From positions 248,001 to 312,000 of the forward strand of contig BCKZ01000002.1 in NCBI GenBank assembly GCA_001600815.1: a stretch of DNA of 64,000 nt. The letters are read 5' to 3'. The stretch comes from Alloascoidea hylecoeti (taxonomy: Eukaryota). Of this stretch, positions 1-11,294 are shown piece after piece. The notes under the pieces are model-generated. The model saw only the letters and a program-made list of their open reading frames with translations. It did no database searches and had not been told where the DNA came from. The position numbers were made by a program, and so were the translations under genes. Position 1 is the stretch's first letter. Each line of letters starts with the position of its first letter.

Positions 1-916
1 GCAATTAATCATAATATAGGACTTCAATTTTAAGTTTCAAAATTTATCATAACGTACCATTGTATTACTAGTTATAAGCTTGTTATTGAATTATTATCCA
101 AATCCCATCCAGCTTATTTTAATTTTTGATTTTTGATTCTTCTACTTTGAGCATTTTTTTTACTATTTTTATTTCTGTTAATACCTTTTTATTATTCATG
201 ATTTTTCTATGGGTAAGATATAAGTTATATGCTACATCCGCCAGGAGCAATTGAAATTTTCAACTAGAAAGACACCTTCCCCTTTTTAAGAAAGAGTATA
301 CCTTTTAAAGAAATATATAACGACAAGTAGACGATGTAATAATCTCTCTAAGTCATGGTATAATTAACATTGTAATTTACCATCTCTACCATCAAACTTT
401 ATAAAACTTAGTCTTTACCATTTTAGCCGGTATTAATATGCATTATGCATACCCGTAAAATTAAGTGGCATGGACTTTCCTTGGTTATTTTTGAATTCTT
501 TGTAAATAAGAAAGCTTACCAAGCTTGCAAATATTCTAATATAGATGATTCATGATTCATGATCAATGATCTAATTATATTAATTAAGTCTATTTCCTAA
601 GGGAAAATTACCACATGTAGGCCTATATCTATTTATTTCGTAACAATAAATTGCGATGGTTCATGATATATAAGTCGTGATTGCATATTATACATCATTG
701 TTTTATGCAGTGATTTTTTGAATTTCCATAAGTAACCTCTTCTAATAATATAATATCATTACAGACAATTGCAATGCCCGTATTTTGAATCTTATATAAT
801 CTTAACTAAGCTTAAAGTAATCACACCAAAACCGTAATATGAAGCATAAGTAGGTAGAGAGGCTTCAGAAATCCATAAATTGTATAATTATTGCACACTC
901 AAAATGTTAACTATAA

Positions 917-2077
917 TTATGTGCTAAACATATTCACACTGGTTCTGGCAGTTGCAGAAACCGTGGGCCAATTAGTCCAATCTGCTGAGAATAAAAGGTT
1001 ATCACTACACCCACTTCCTAAAGCGCTATTATTCATGAAACCAGGCTCCCAATAAAAGACACCGGTACCAAGATCATTATCCAAACCTTTAACAGTAGAT
1101 ACAATATCCTGGACCCATTCTGTCTGGCCCGCTGCGCTTACTGAAATACTTTGATCGCTCAAAGTGACACCAGGACAATCAACAGGCCAATCGGTTTCAA
1201 CTACCATCATCGGTTTACTATAAGTTGAGCCGAGTGTATTCAGCGATGTTTTGAGATTTGATAATGTAGCGCTTGTACTATAAAATGGATAAAACGAAAC
1301 CCCCATTACGTCCCAATCATCAGTAGTTATTATACCTGTTTTAACCAGGGTCCAATACCATGTTGATTGTTTATCACTATCCCAACCGTTATCTAAATGA
1401 ATCATAATTTTGGGCTTGGTAACACCAGAATTAACAGCATCTGTAACACCATTTCTAGCAGCCTTCCAAAGATATGCGAAATTTGTAAAATTTGAAATAC
1501 GGGCTTTTTCCGAAAGCGAAACATCAACTCTTCCTACTGGCCAAAGCATACCAGCAGTGATTTCATTACCAAGAGAAACAATAGCCAGTTCAACACCAGC
1601 ATCATTGAACGAAACTAAAGTCGATTTCACATATGATCTAAGTTTAGTTTTGAGAGTTGAACGTGAGGTCGGCCAACCTGTTGGAATTGCTTGTTTTGAC
1701 GGATCAGCCCAATTTGAACTAAAAAAGAAATCAAGATAAATATTATAACCAGCTTTATAAAATCGTTTTGCAAGTTCGAGATTATAATTAAGACCATATG
1801 TTCCATCTTCGGTAACCCAAAGGCGAAGACGCACAGTATTCATACCACCATCGCCGAGAATTTCTTCAATACTAGATTCTACGGAGGATGAGGTATAGAA
1901 TGTATATCCATTATCTTCGAGAAGTTTACATGATGATAAATCATGTCCTTTATAAAATGTGGTGGTGCTTCGACGAGACAACATCTTATCTATCACATAA
2001 CTGGCATTTACAATAGACAGAACAGAAAAAATCGTTATCAACTGTAAAACGTTGCAATTGTAATTGAAAAACCTCAT
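917..2077 (-). CDS. Secreted GH53 arabinogalactan endo-beta-1,4-galactanase
   Basis: Intronless ORF, ATG at 2077. Hydrophobic N-terminus, then GH53 motifs GHDLSS, MNTVRLRLWV, LDFFFSSNWADP, SLGNEI (acid/base Glu), MIHLDNGW, GVSFYPFY, VVETDWP (nucleophile Glu) and FYWEP. Confidence 0.92.
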   Translation of the reverse strand: MRFFNYNCNVLQLITIFSVLSIVNASYVIDKMLSRRSTTTFYKGHDLSSCKLLEDNGYTFYTSSSVESSIEEILGDGGMNTVRLRLWVTEDGTYGLNYNLELAKRFYKAGYNIYLDFFFSSNWADPSKQAIPTGWPTSRSTLKTKLRSYVKSTLVSFNDAGVELAIVSLGNEITAGMLWPVGRVDVSLSEKARISNFTNFAYLWKAARNGVTDAVNSGVTKPKIMIHLDNGWDSDKQSTWYWTLVKTGIITTDDWDVMGVSFYPFYSTSATLSNLKTSLNTLGSTYSKPMMVVETDWPVDCPGVTLSDQSISVSAAGQTEWVQDIVSTVKGLDNDLGTGVFYWEPGFMNNSALGSGCSDNLLFSADWTNWPTVSATARTSVNMFST

Positions 2078-2859
2078 ATCTAATTTTGTGAATCTCAATT
2101 GTAAGAGAGGTATATGAAATAAACAAAAATGAGTAATTTTTCCCTTTATATACCCATAAGCTTTGTTTCAACTTATTTGCCTGGGATGATTTGAGACATC
2201 TGGGCATATTCTTTGACATACTTGCAATTGATAAGGAGATTAATTTTTGTGTATTTATCCGGATCCCCTACTTATATGTCTAGTATTGTCTACATTATAA
2301 TTTTTAATTAGGGTAGACCCTTGCAATAAGCCTTTTAGAGGTGTAGAAATCAAAAGAATAGAATAAGAAGACGTAAGCTATTGGTTACAACTTTGTGGCA
2401 CGTCTATCAATAATCCAAAGATCACCAATTATAATCACTGTGGTGTACTGTTTCTTAATGATCGCGAATTCAGAGTGGAAAAACTGTATAGTGGGTTAGG
2501 AATAACAGAACCCAATCACTGAAAATGGTTAATTTCTCTAATTGCAACTACTGTTGAAATTGATGCTTGTTGATATTCATAATCTTCGGTTAATTGATAT
2601 TTAACATATTAATTAGCTTTAATGGTTGGTATAAGCCTTATATAGACTTTACATATGGGCCATCAATAGCTAGGGTCAGCTTTGTTTCATTATATAAAAT
2701 AGAATTTATAATTATAAACACAAAATTAAATCTTGATTATAGGATTTAGGTCTGTAGAGCTCATAGGACAACACAGCCGTTCCAATTTGATTTTCTTCTG
2801 TTTCCTTTTTTTTTTCTGATCTGTAGATTGTGCACATTATCTTCTTGAGAATACCACCT

Positions 2860-3050
2860 TCAAAGGCTTGAATAAAAGGTATTGGAACGCGTTATAATAC
2901 CGATATAGAGCTCTGAATTAATATTTCCTGAAACCTCACAGACGAATATCGCGTGTTTGTAGTCGAACCTTTTTGTAATTCTCTTATTAGAGCCCTACGG
3001 CCTAGCGAAGATTTGTATAGCGCCAGTGGGTTTAAGCCACACGCGTATTA
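2860..3050 (-). repeat. Decayed dispersed repeat, family B, copy 1
   Basis: Collinear matches to 25060-25230: ctctgaattaat..tgaaac, aatatc.c.tgttt, cttttgtaattctcttatta, ccag.ggg.ttaa. Minus strand reads ..RRALIRELQK.. versus ..RKGIIRELQK.. Confidence 0.75.
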
Positions 3051-3572
3051 CGTCTGGGGTTGCTTTTATTATTATTAAATTTTATACAGTTTTTCCACTC
3101 TGAATTAGCCTCAATAGAGTGACTTTTTCGCCACCTCGGTATGTATATTTTCGTCATATTGGAGTCTAAATAATTTGGACAAAAACAGAGCTGGCTATAA
3201 TTATAAGTCATTAAGATTATACTCTACATGTTTAAAAAGTCAAATAATCAGCAGCGACATAGCTACCCAGTGTAGTAGTACCCACAAGTTAATTGTAACC
3301 TTAAACTATTTTTCTTCAACCGAAGAACACCCATTGGAACCCTAAATACTATTGAGGATTCCTTCTAATACTTTTATTTCGCAGGATCTCGGTATATTTA
3401 AGCTTCTTATTTAAAGTATAAATGGTTTTCAGGAAAGTCATTGTTTGAAGAGAGAAAATTTTGGAGCTTGCTAGCATATTCATAATTACTTGTCAATTAA
3501 TTCTGTACCAGTCTTGTGGTTTGCTTAAGCTATGATACTCAATCGACCAAATTTAAATTTGTTGTTAACTAA

Positions 3573-4160
3573 CTATTTTTTTATCGACTTCTAGCCTATG
3601 TATTATATCATCAACCGGTTCCGTAAGATCGGGGAATTCCTCCTTCAGCTTCTCAGCCAATGAGTCTCGTAGCAACTATAATTAGTGTTAGTGTATAAAC
3701 TTACTGTAATTCCACACAAAATGTACTGAAATAAAATAAACATACATTCATTCCAATCATTTCTCCTCGTAGAAATTGATTCGTTTTTCTCGTACTTTCT
3801 ACAAATTCTCTAGTATAAACATCAGGATTTCGACCATCTTCAATATATTCTATAATTTCTTTGGAGATTGGAAATGTTGTCAAACGTGATGAAATATTGT
3901 TCACTTCCTGAAACTGTGAAATAGTTTGATTTCTGAGATAGTGTTAATAATTTGCCTTATATTAACAAGTGTAAATGTTTGTAATATATTATCTTGAAGT
4001 TTTATCTAACATACACTTTTGCAACCAGCCCTTCTCGTGCTGCCTCTGTTCCTTGAAAATCATGGACCATAACTCCCAACTCAATGAATGATTCTATAAT
4101 ATGAGCAAGCATTTCTTTTGTCGATTGAAGATTTGTAGAGGCATCATTATTTTCTGTCAT
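3573..4160 (-). CDS. MED10: Mediator subunit Med10; 3 exons (4160-4015, 3932-3746, 3675-3573)
   Basis: IESFIELGVMVHDFQGT and EIIEYIEDGRNPDVYTREFVE motifs. Two GTATGT introns restore the frame. Confidence 0.93.
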
Positions 4161-4239
4161 TGTATTTATAGCAATATATTCATGAACATAGAAGATCAGG
4201 TTTCAAAGGTACATCATGTGATTTGTAACATAAACCATG

Positions 4240-4247
4240 TTACCCGG
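4240..4247 (+). promoter_or_regulatory. Reb1-type site TTACCCGG in the divergent MED10/NOP8 promoter
   Basis: Exact TTACCCGG in a 150-bp divergent intergenic region. The same word occurs at 36649 and 59116. Confidence 0.55.
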
Positions 4248-4310
4248 ATATCACATATTATAACTTTTCTTTGAGAAAAAAAATAGTGAAGGACTTAGGT
4301 ACCAAACAAA

Positions 4311-5741
4311 ATGACAGGTGATGATATTTCAATTGAAAGGCGGCTTCACATTGGAGCTATATCACCTACACTAGCGCAGGATATATCAGATTTAGAAAAC
4401 CGGATAGAGAAACATGGAAAAATCATAAAATCAATAGAATTGAGAAAGAAGGATACACTAGATACATTTTATGGATTTATTACTGTTAAAATGACCCAGA
4501 AGGAATATTCTCAGTTACGATCAGCATTAAATGGAGTTAATTTTAAGGGTTCCAAACTGATTATTGATATTGCAAAGAGTGATTTTCAGGAAGAGTGGAA
4601 AAGAGATCATGATAGAAAAGACCAAACGACTCAGGTACTCAAAAGGAAAGAACTTATAAAGCAAAGGAATGAATCCAAGAAGGTGTTGAAGCTGAATCTT
4701 CTTGAAGGTAGGATAAGAAAGTCAAAGAGAGATTTCAAGAATGTTACATATAGAGCATTAATTAAAGGGAAACTTAAAACCATCAAATGTTGGAAACAAA
4801 AGTTATGGGGATATCAAAAAGAGAAAACTATGAAAGACTTAGTCTGGCGGTATGCTAATGGAATTTGGACTGATGGAACCGAGCATGTTATTGAAAGGAC
4901 AAACTTTATTAAAACAAAACGCCCTGATAATCTTACGATTGAATCCAATCATAATACAGTTAGGGCACCGGCCTTCCAAGAAAATGAAGAAGCCGAAGCA
5001 GTTGAAGCAGAACGTCTGAAAAATCAAAAGATCTTAGACGGCTTAATGGAGCAATTTGATTTTGATCAAAAGTTGGAAACACCTATCCCCGGTGAAAAAC
5101 TAGAAGATCAGGATGCCGATTCAGACTTTGAAATACAATATCATAGCGATTCAGAATTATACAACGCTAATAATACAAAACCGCTTTCCAATTGTCCTGT
5201 GAATGAGAGGGAATCCGTTATTTCCAAGAGCGCTAATTATAGTAAAAAAGCTGTTCATTTTGGAGAAGAAGAGAATAGTGAAGATGAAGATGAGGATAAT
5301 GAATTTATGCCCTCATTTGAAGGTTCAAATTTCAAAATAGATGAACCGAAAATCAATGATACCACCATTTTACGTGGGATTTTTGGTACATCTGATAAGG
5401 CATCAGAATTCACATTAGTTGATGATAATAATTCAGATATTGATCTGGATAATGTTATAGAAGAGCACATTGTTTCAAGGGAGACCCCTGAAGCTGTTTC
5501 CAATGAGCCGATGTTAACTACTACTGTTCAACGGGGATTATACTTTCCACATTTTGAGTCTCCGTTTTTAAGCGCTCAATCACAAATTTCAAGATTCAAG
5601 CAATTTTCGATATCTTCAGAAGATTGGAAGACTGAATTTGAAGAAAAGAGTGAGGAATGGGAAGCTAATACTAAACGACGACGACGAGATGTTTTGCGGC
5701 AAATAGAGAAAAGTAAAGGGAAGTCACAAGCTATTCTATAA
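4311..5741 (+). CDS. NOP8: Nucleolar protein Nop8 (N-terminal RRM, 60S biogenesis)
   Basis: N-terminal RRM (RRLHIGAIS..FYGFITV..LNGVNFKGSKLIIDIAK), KQKLWG motif, acidic middle, GLYFPHFESPFLSAQSQI near the C-terminus. Confidence 0.82.
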   Translation: MTGDDISIERRLHIGAISPTLAQDISDLENRIEKHGKIIKSIELRKKDTLDTFYGFITVKMTQKEYSQLRSALNGVNFKGSKLIIDIAKSDFQEEWKRDHDRKDQTTQVLKRKELIKQRNESKKVLKLNLLEGRIRKSKRDFKNVTYRALIKGKLKTIKCWKQKLWGYQKEKTMKDLVWRYANGIWTDGTEHVIERTNFIKTKRPDNLTIESNHNTVRAPAFQENEEAEAVEAERLKNQKILDGLMEQFDFDQKLETPIPGEKLEDQDADSDFEIQYHSDSELYNANNTKPLSNCPVNERESVISKSANYSKKAVHFGEEENSEDEDEDNEFMPSFEGSNFKIDEPKINDTTILRGIFGTSDKASEFTLVDDNNSDIDLDNVIEEHIVSRETPEAVSNEPMLTTTVQRGLYFPHFESPFLSAQSQISRFKQFSISSEDWKTEFEEKSEEWEANTKRRRRDVLRQIEKSKGKSQAIL

Positions 5742-6530
5742 TCTTTAGCAATTACTAAGGTTATTATAATATAGATGGTCTCATCCTATAAAACAGATAT
5801 ATATAGGTGGATTTTAATGGATCACATATAGCGCTTGACTGTGACATGACTCTCACTAATCAAACAACCATTTTGTATTATAGCCTAGGCCTATATCTAC
5901 ATGTACAAACTTATCTATATCATATTCAATAATCTAGCTATAGGTTAATGTATTTATTCCACTATAAATTTAAGCTGAGTAATTAAAGTATACTATAGTA
6001 TTTCTTGATTCATAGGATAACTTATATAATTATATAATATATATGATTTGTTGGCAATGGCTATGTTTGCAATTGCTATGTTGTCTTCTCGTTTTTGATT
6101 TGCTAGATAGTTATGCGAATGATTATTATTGCTTGTCAAAACTTTTTCATATGCCAACGGTAGCGACAGTAGCAGTACTCGCACAACTTGCAAATACTAA
6201 TGTCAGTTTAAATTTGATTTCCGCCTGAAAGTGTATACATAATACATATTGATATTAGTATTCATTCATCCCTTTACAATTGGTACAATATTGAATTTGT
6301 AGGTTAAAATATAACCGTAACCCACAAGCTTATAAGACTCATATATGTGCATGTTCTAATACTGAAAAGTTTGTGAAACTTCACATTAACATTACAGAAC
6401 GTTGCAAAGGATTTTGGCCTATATCGTATTAGAATTTATAAACACTATTGAGAAGCAGTGGTCAAAACTTCATGAATTGGAGAATCAATTATTCAGCTAC
6501 CTAAATACGGATTATATGACAACAGATACA

Positions 6531-7470
6531 ATGATGGCATTAGATAACACAGTATATCATCCACTTTATTCGCAAACATTGAAACATTTGGAAACAACTG
6601 GCATGTTAACATCAGCCCAGGTTGGAACACTAATAAATGTCTGTAAACTTGCAAGTCAGGCTATTATTTTATCTCAAGCTATATTACCTACAATAACAAT
6701 AGGAAAAGAAAAATTATTACAACTAGTAGGGTGTTTATCTAATATTATGACTTATTATTCTCAAAAAACAGGGAAGGAGACAACCTCAAAGAAAAGTTCG
6801 AAATTTTGGGCAAATGTTAAAGCTAAGATAACTATATCACGAAAGCCGGTAATAGTATCAAAACCAGCATTTTATTTTAAAGCTGTATCTAATGCATTGT
6901 CAAATAAACAAGATGACCCCATTCTACGAATAATAAAGGCTTTACGGAATATATCTTACTGTGGATACTATTGTTTGGATTCTATATACTTGAAATGTGA
7001 ACCATATATTGTTTCGCTACAGAGGATTCTTACAGCATTAGCTACAGCCCAGTTAATGTTGGTTGATACTAAATATACGGAACCTACAAAACAGAAACAG
7101 ATAACAACAAATGCCTATAAATATTATATTTATGGACTAGCTCTTACCATGTTGGGGAATCTACGAAAATTAAATGCAGCTCATAAAAATAAGGATGAAG
7201 CACTTTCTACACAACATTCAATACTAGATCATAATCTGCCCAAAGCAAATCAAACGTAAGTGCTTATAATTAACTATATTGTTCTGGAATTAAGTTTACA
7301 CTCCATAACTCTAACTTGATATGTATTTATAGGGACTTATCACTAACATGGAAAAAACTTCTTTGGGACTCTTTGGATTTCATAATTGTCGCCAAAAACA
7401 TGAATGTTTAAAACTAGACGATGACTTCAAAGGAATATCGCGTATCATAAATTCCTTTCCAAAACGTTGA
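6531..7470 (+). pseudogene. PEX11: Highly diverged or frameshifted PEX11 (peroxisomal fission protein) copy
   Basis: Spliced translation MMALDNTVYHP..LETT/GKEKLLQLV..ISRKPVIVSKP..DPILRIIKALRNISYCGYYCLDSI..WKKLLWDSLDFIIV follows Pex11 motif order. GC donor at 6601, and a stop plus frameshift near 7410. Confidence 0.72.
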
Positions 7471-8345
7471 ATGAAAATGTCGAAATCTATAAATATAAAC
7501 ACAGAATTCAAACAAACAAGAATATGTATAATCGATCGTGATAGATGCTTACCACGTAGCATGTTAATATGTATAAGCCTTATACATGTATTTCATTCTT
7601 TAATCTGTTTGTTTAATATAGGAAAATAAATTTAATTTTATTCATTTATGTTATATTACTCATTACAAAATTTCAAAGCTAACTTTATTTCTCACGTTAT
7701 TGGTTTATATAGAATTAACAGCTTTTTAATCTGCTAATTAATATTGTGGGCGAGGGCCCTCAACTATCACGATCCAGCTACTTGGCACGCCTAGTAAAAA
7801 GGTTCTCGGTATCTTGGCTGTTACAGGTAAAGTCGTAATGGGAAGTCATTTTGTTCTAATATAAATGATTTTCTTCTTCTTCTTTTTCAACAGAATTACC
7901 TTAATTTATAAATAGACATTTGTTATATTTTGGAATTATCTCTGATGATATTTTCGATTCTTCTCTCTGCCAAACAGTATTGATTATTATTCCAAGTTAA
8001 AAAAATCTTCTGGAATACGGAAATTAAGTAACTCTAGAAATCAATTCTTTTCAAACTACGAATATAAAGTACAATTCAAGGAAAGTCGAATTCAACTGCT
8101 GATTTATGTTAAAGACATTGAGCTTAGATTACCAAAACGGGCACAGTTACTTTGAATTTGATATTCAATTCCAATCTGATGTTGTAATACCTGACAAAAA
8201 GTATTAAACTTCTATAATAAATGTGTTGTATTTATGAAAATTCTAGAGGAGATTCTGTTTAAAAACATATGATCGTTATTACACAAGTATGTGGTCATAA
8301 TGTCAATGTATAATGCTATTATAACAAAACAAAATATAGTTATAT

Positions 8346-8894
8346 TTAAGTTGTAGCAAGTGTTGGAACAGGCTCATTAGATAAACAGAACTCCAGCATT
8401 GAAGTCAGCGGTTGCCGGTCCTTTTCATCAAATATCCACAACCCATATGTTTTGCCTTCACTATTTTTAACAATTAGATATTCGCCAGATATATAGGCCT
8501 CCATCTCGATTAGTCGTCTTGCCACAGATACCGTTCGAGGAATGACACCGATTGAGAAATTGGCAGGTGATGATCTATTTAACACGACAATGCCATAAGC
8601 GTAACTATCCAGGTTGCCTTTTTGTGTATTTGCTGGATCATTTAGTCTATCATAATTTCGGGAATATAACATCAAGACCCCTTGGTAGTCAGATTTTTCC
8701 CATTCTTCGGTGGCGGATGCGTATTTATAGACGACACAGTGAGAAGATGTATAGAGAAGTTGATTTATCTTAGGGTCATAACGGGCGAGCACATTATAAT
8801 TTAATGTTTGTCGATGAAGCAACATGGCTGCCTCTCCGAGCTTAGCCGGCTCTGCGTTTGTTGTTTGATTGGGTGCTGTTGAGGCTTTTGCCAT
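8346..8894 (-). CDS. DCP1: mRNA decapping enzyme subunit Dcp1 (EVH1-like)
   Basis: RQTLNYNVLARYDPKINQLLYTSSHCVVYKY, WEK..YQG, VLNR..P.NF and YGLWIF motifs. Confidence 0.95.
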   Translation of the reverse strand: MAKASTAPNQTTNAEPAKLGEAAMLLHRQTLNYNVLARYDPKINQLLYTSSHCVVYKYASATEEWEKSDYQGVLMLYSRNYDRLNDPANTQKGNLDSYAYGIVVLNRSSPANFSIGVIPRTVSVARRLIEMEAYISGEYLIVKNSEGKTYGLWIFDEKDRQPLTSMLEFCLSNEPVPTLATT

Positions 8895-9065
8895 TTTGTA
8901 GGAGTGTTGACTGAGGTTAACCGTTGAGGTGAAGGAGGTTTAATATAGTTGACTACGGAAAAGTTTAAAATATATAACAATAATATATAAAATTAGTAGT
9001 GGTATTACAAATGATTACAAATATAATAAAATGAATATTATTTACACCAAATTTTTTCATTAGTA

Positions 9066-11054
9066 TTAAATGGCTCGTCCTTTATTCTCCCAAAACTTCA
9101 TTCTGTCGGCTTTTGAAATAACCGCTTTGCTTTCATCTACACTAGGAGGTACAAATATAGGTTCGTAATTATCATCATCACTGGGGTTTTTAAAATCATC
9201 AGGATCAGACAATATAACAATAGGATCGGCACTTGAATTGATCAATTTTTGTTTTCTTTTATACTCTAAAACACTTTGATCTGTCTTGGTCAACCCATTA
9301 TTAGTTGAATTATCAGCGGAATCAGAATCAGACTCGTCGCTGGTAAACACTAACTGATCTGTAACTGAGATCTTTTTGTTTATTATGCTTTCTTGTTTAT
9401 CTTTTTGAAATTGAAGCACGGAAGGTGCTATAGGCTTGGGACTATTCTCAAAATCGGACGGTGGAAGACTCTTTAAGCTTGGAATATCAATCATTAATGT
9501 GGGAGACAGAATTGCTGTATTAAGAATAGTGCTTCTCTCATCTTTGAAATCTCTTTTGGGACCCTTGAAGGTTATAATATTACCTAAGATAGACTGATTT
9601 AAACGTTGTTTATATGTTTTATATTCAAGCTCATAACACCTACTCGTAAGGAGATCGAAAGCACCACCAAATGCCTTTTTGATATTTCGAATATTAAAAG
9701 TGCTTCTGCTAATATTGTTCGTACTATCGTTTGGATCCTGAATTGCTAAAGAAAAAGATTGTTTGGGATTTACCATATCTGGGTTTGTATGCTTCGGTAT
9801 ATAACTACAGTTCCCATTATCATCAATTACTATTGCCGTATCGTCGTAGCCAAAATTTAGCCCATAAAGTTCAAAGAATTCGATCATTAGAGTTCCTAGA
9901 TTATCTTCAGCCCTTATAGTATTTGTCACGAGTTTTGGATGTAATTTAAGAAATGAGTACACCAGACATATAACAGAATACCCACCTAATCCACCTGTAT
10001 GAACTTCATTCATGCTCCGAGCGGAGAGAAATTGTTTCACAATAAGTGTCAATTCTCTCATGCATGGAGTTTCTTTGATCCATTTTCGAATTGTTTGAGC
10101 CGCTTCTAACCCATTCAGCCGTTCAAATGAAATATCAATAGGAATATTATGTTGTGCCTCAACAAATTTTATAATAGGTACCCTAGCACCTGCAATTACA
10201 TCCACCCTTTTTGCAACACCACTCTGTTTGATAACTGATGATAATGCATATAAATGACTTTTGGAAGTATATTTTTGGGAGGGTGAGACTACTACCATAT
10301 CAATATCAGCCCCCGGAAGATATAAATCTGTTGCACTAGAGCCAAAGCAATGCAACTTAGCATCTGGCCATTTCCGTTGCACCAATTCTTTCAGACGTTT
10401 TACAACGTCATTTCGAATTTCAATTTCTTTGCGAGAAGGAGACATGTATGCAATAAAATCTTCAATTTCATTTGATAGCCAGTCGGAAATTTCACGTTGT
10501 CTAGAATGGTCGTGATCCTTAATCCAAGGATATAGAGATAGTTTAGGCTTTTTAGGCTGGTTTAAATTTTCTGGATCATAATCCTCATCATCATCCTCGT
10601 CTTCTGAACTGACCGATCTTCTTCGTTTCTTAGAATCATCCGAATCTTCATCTGAAGAAAAATCGAACGCCACGAAATCTTCATTATCAGCCAATCCATT
10701 TACTGAATCTGTGGATTCTGGTGTTTTATCTTCGACTTTACTTTCGCTCTTCTCGTTGGATATATCGTCATTTGTAGAATGGTCACTATCATCTAATAAT
10801 ATAATATTAATGTCATTTGAAATAGAAGATGGTATATCTACTGAGGATTCTGGCGATTTCTTATTTTTCTTGGATTTCTTATTAGAAGCTCTCCCATTAC
10901 GTGTATTTGAATCATTCTTCTTTGCTCTATCTACTTTTTCACTTTTTTTAAATATCTTCTTTATAGATTTTTTAATCTTTTTCACTTTTTTCCCTTTACC
11001 TTTTGTAGATGAGTTACTTATCGTTGAACTTAAGTCTAAACTCGAGCCACTCAT
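9066..11054 (-). CDS. TRF4: Non-canonical poly(A) polymerase of TRAMP (Trf4/Trf5/Pap2)
   Basis: FGSSATDLYLPGADIDMVV, ARVPIIKFVE, NEVHTGGLGGYS and AIQDPND..NNISRSTFN motifs. Confidence 0.95.
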   Translation of the reverse strand: MSGSSLDLSSTISNSSTKGKGKKVKKIKKSIKKIFKKSEKVDRAKKNDSNTRNGRASNKKSKKNKKSPESSVDIPSSISNDINIILLDDSDHSTNDDISNEKSESKVEDKTPESTDSVNGLADNEDFVAFDFSSDEDSDDSKKRRRSVSSEDEDDDEDYDPENLNQPKKPKLSLYPWIKDHDHSRQREISDWLSNEIEDFIAYMSPSRKEIEIRNDVVKRLKELVQRKWPDAKLHCFGSSATDLYLPGADIDMVVVSPSQKYTSKSHLYALSSVIKQSGVAKRVDVIAGARVPIIKFVEAQHNIPIDISFERLNGLEAAQTIRKWIKETPCMRELTLIVKQFLSARSMNEVHTGGLGGYSVICLVYSFLKLHPKLVTNTIRAEDNLGTLMIEFFELYGLNFGYDDTAIVIDDNGNCSYIPKHTNPDMVNPKQSFSLAIQDPNDSTNNISRSTFNIRNIKKAFGGAFDLLTSRCYELEYKTYKQRLNQSILGNIITFKGPKRDFKDERSTILNTAILSPTLMIDIPSLKSLPPSDFENSPKPIAPSVLQFQKDKQESIINKKISVTDQLVFTSDESDSDSADNSTNNGLTKTDQSVLEYKRKQKLINSSADPIVILSDPDDFKNPSDDDNYEPIFVPPSVDESKAVISKADRMKFWENKGRAI

Positions 11055-11294
11055 ATTTCTCTGCTTAACTTACGCTTTTCTGGTATATGGTTGATATTGA
11101 AAAAGTGGAGATAAGTATATAAAATCTTATAGAGTTATAAAAATGCTAAGGTTACTTTATTAATTAAAAAAAAGAAATTTTAAAGCTGTCTCATCGTGCC
11201 TGAATACACACAGTCATGCTACGATATACGCATAAACAAGCTTCCTTCTCTTATCACTCAAAACATACAAACGTTACACTAACAACCAATAGAA

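Noticed and set aside
1410..1739. Antisense ORFs overlapping real genes (also 10711-11094, 21512-22039, 41135-41752, 44113-44514, 54455-54787, 57674-58066 and others)
   Set aside because: These are shadow or alternative-frame ORFs of well-supported genes, with no motifs of their own.
5993..6228. Overlapping 61-66 aa ORFs between NOP8 and the PEX11 remnant
   Set aside because: No recognisable motif and non-ATG or weak starts; insufficient evidence.
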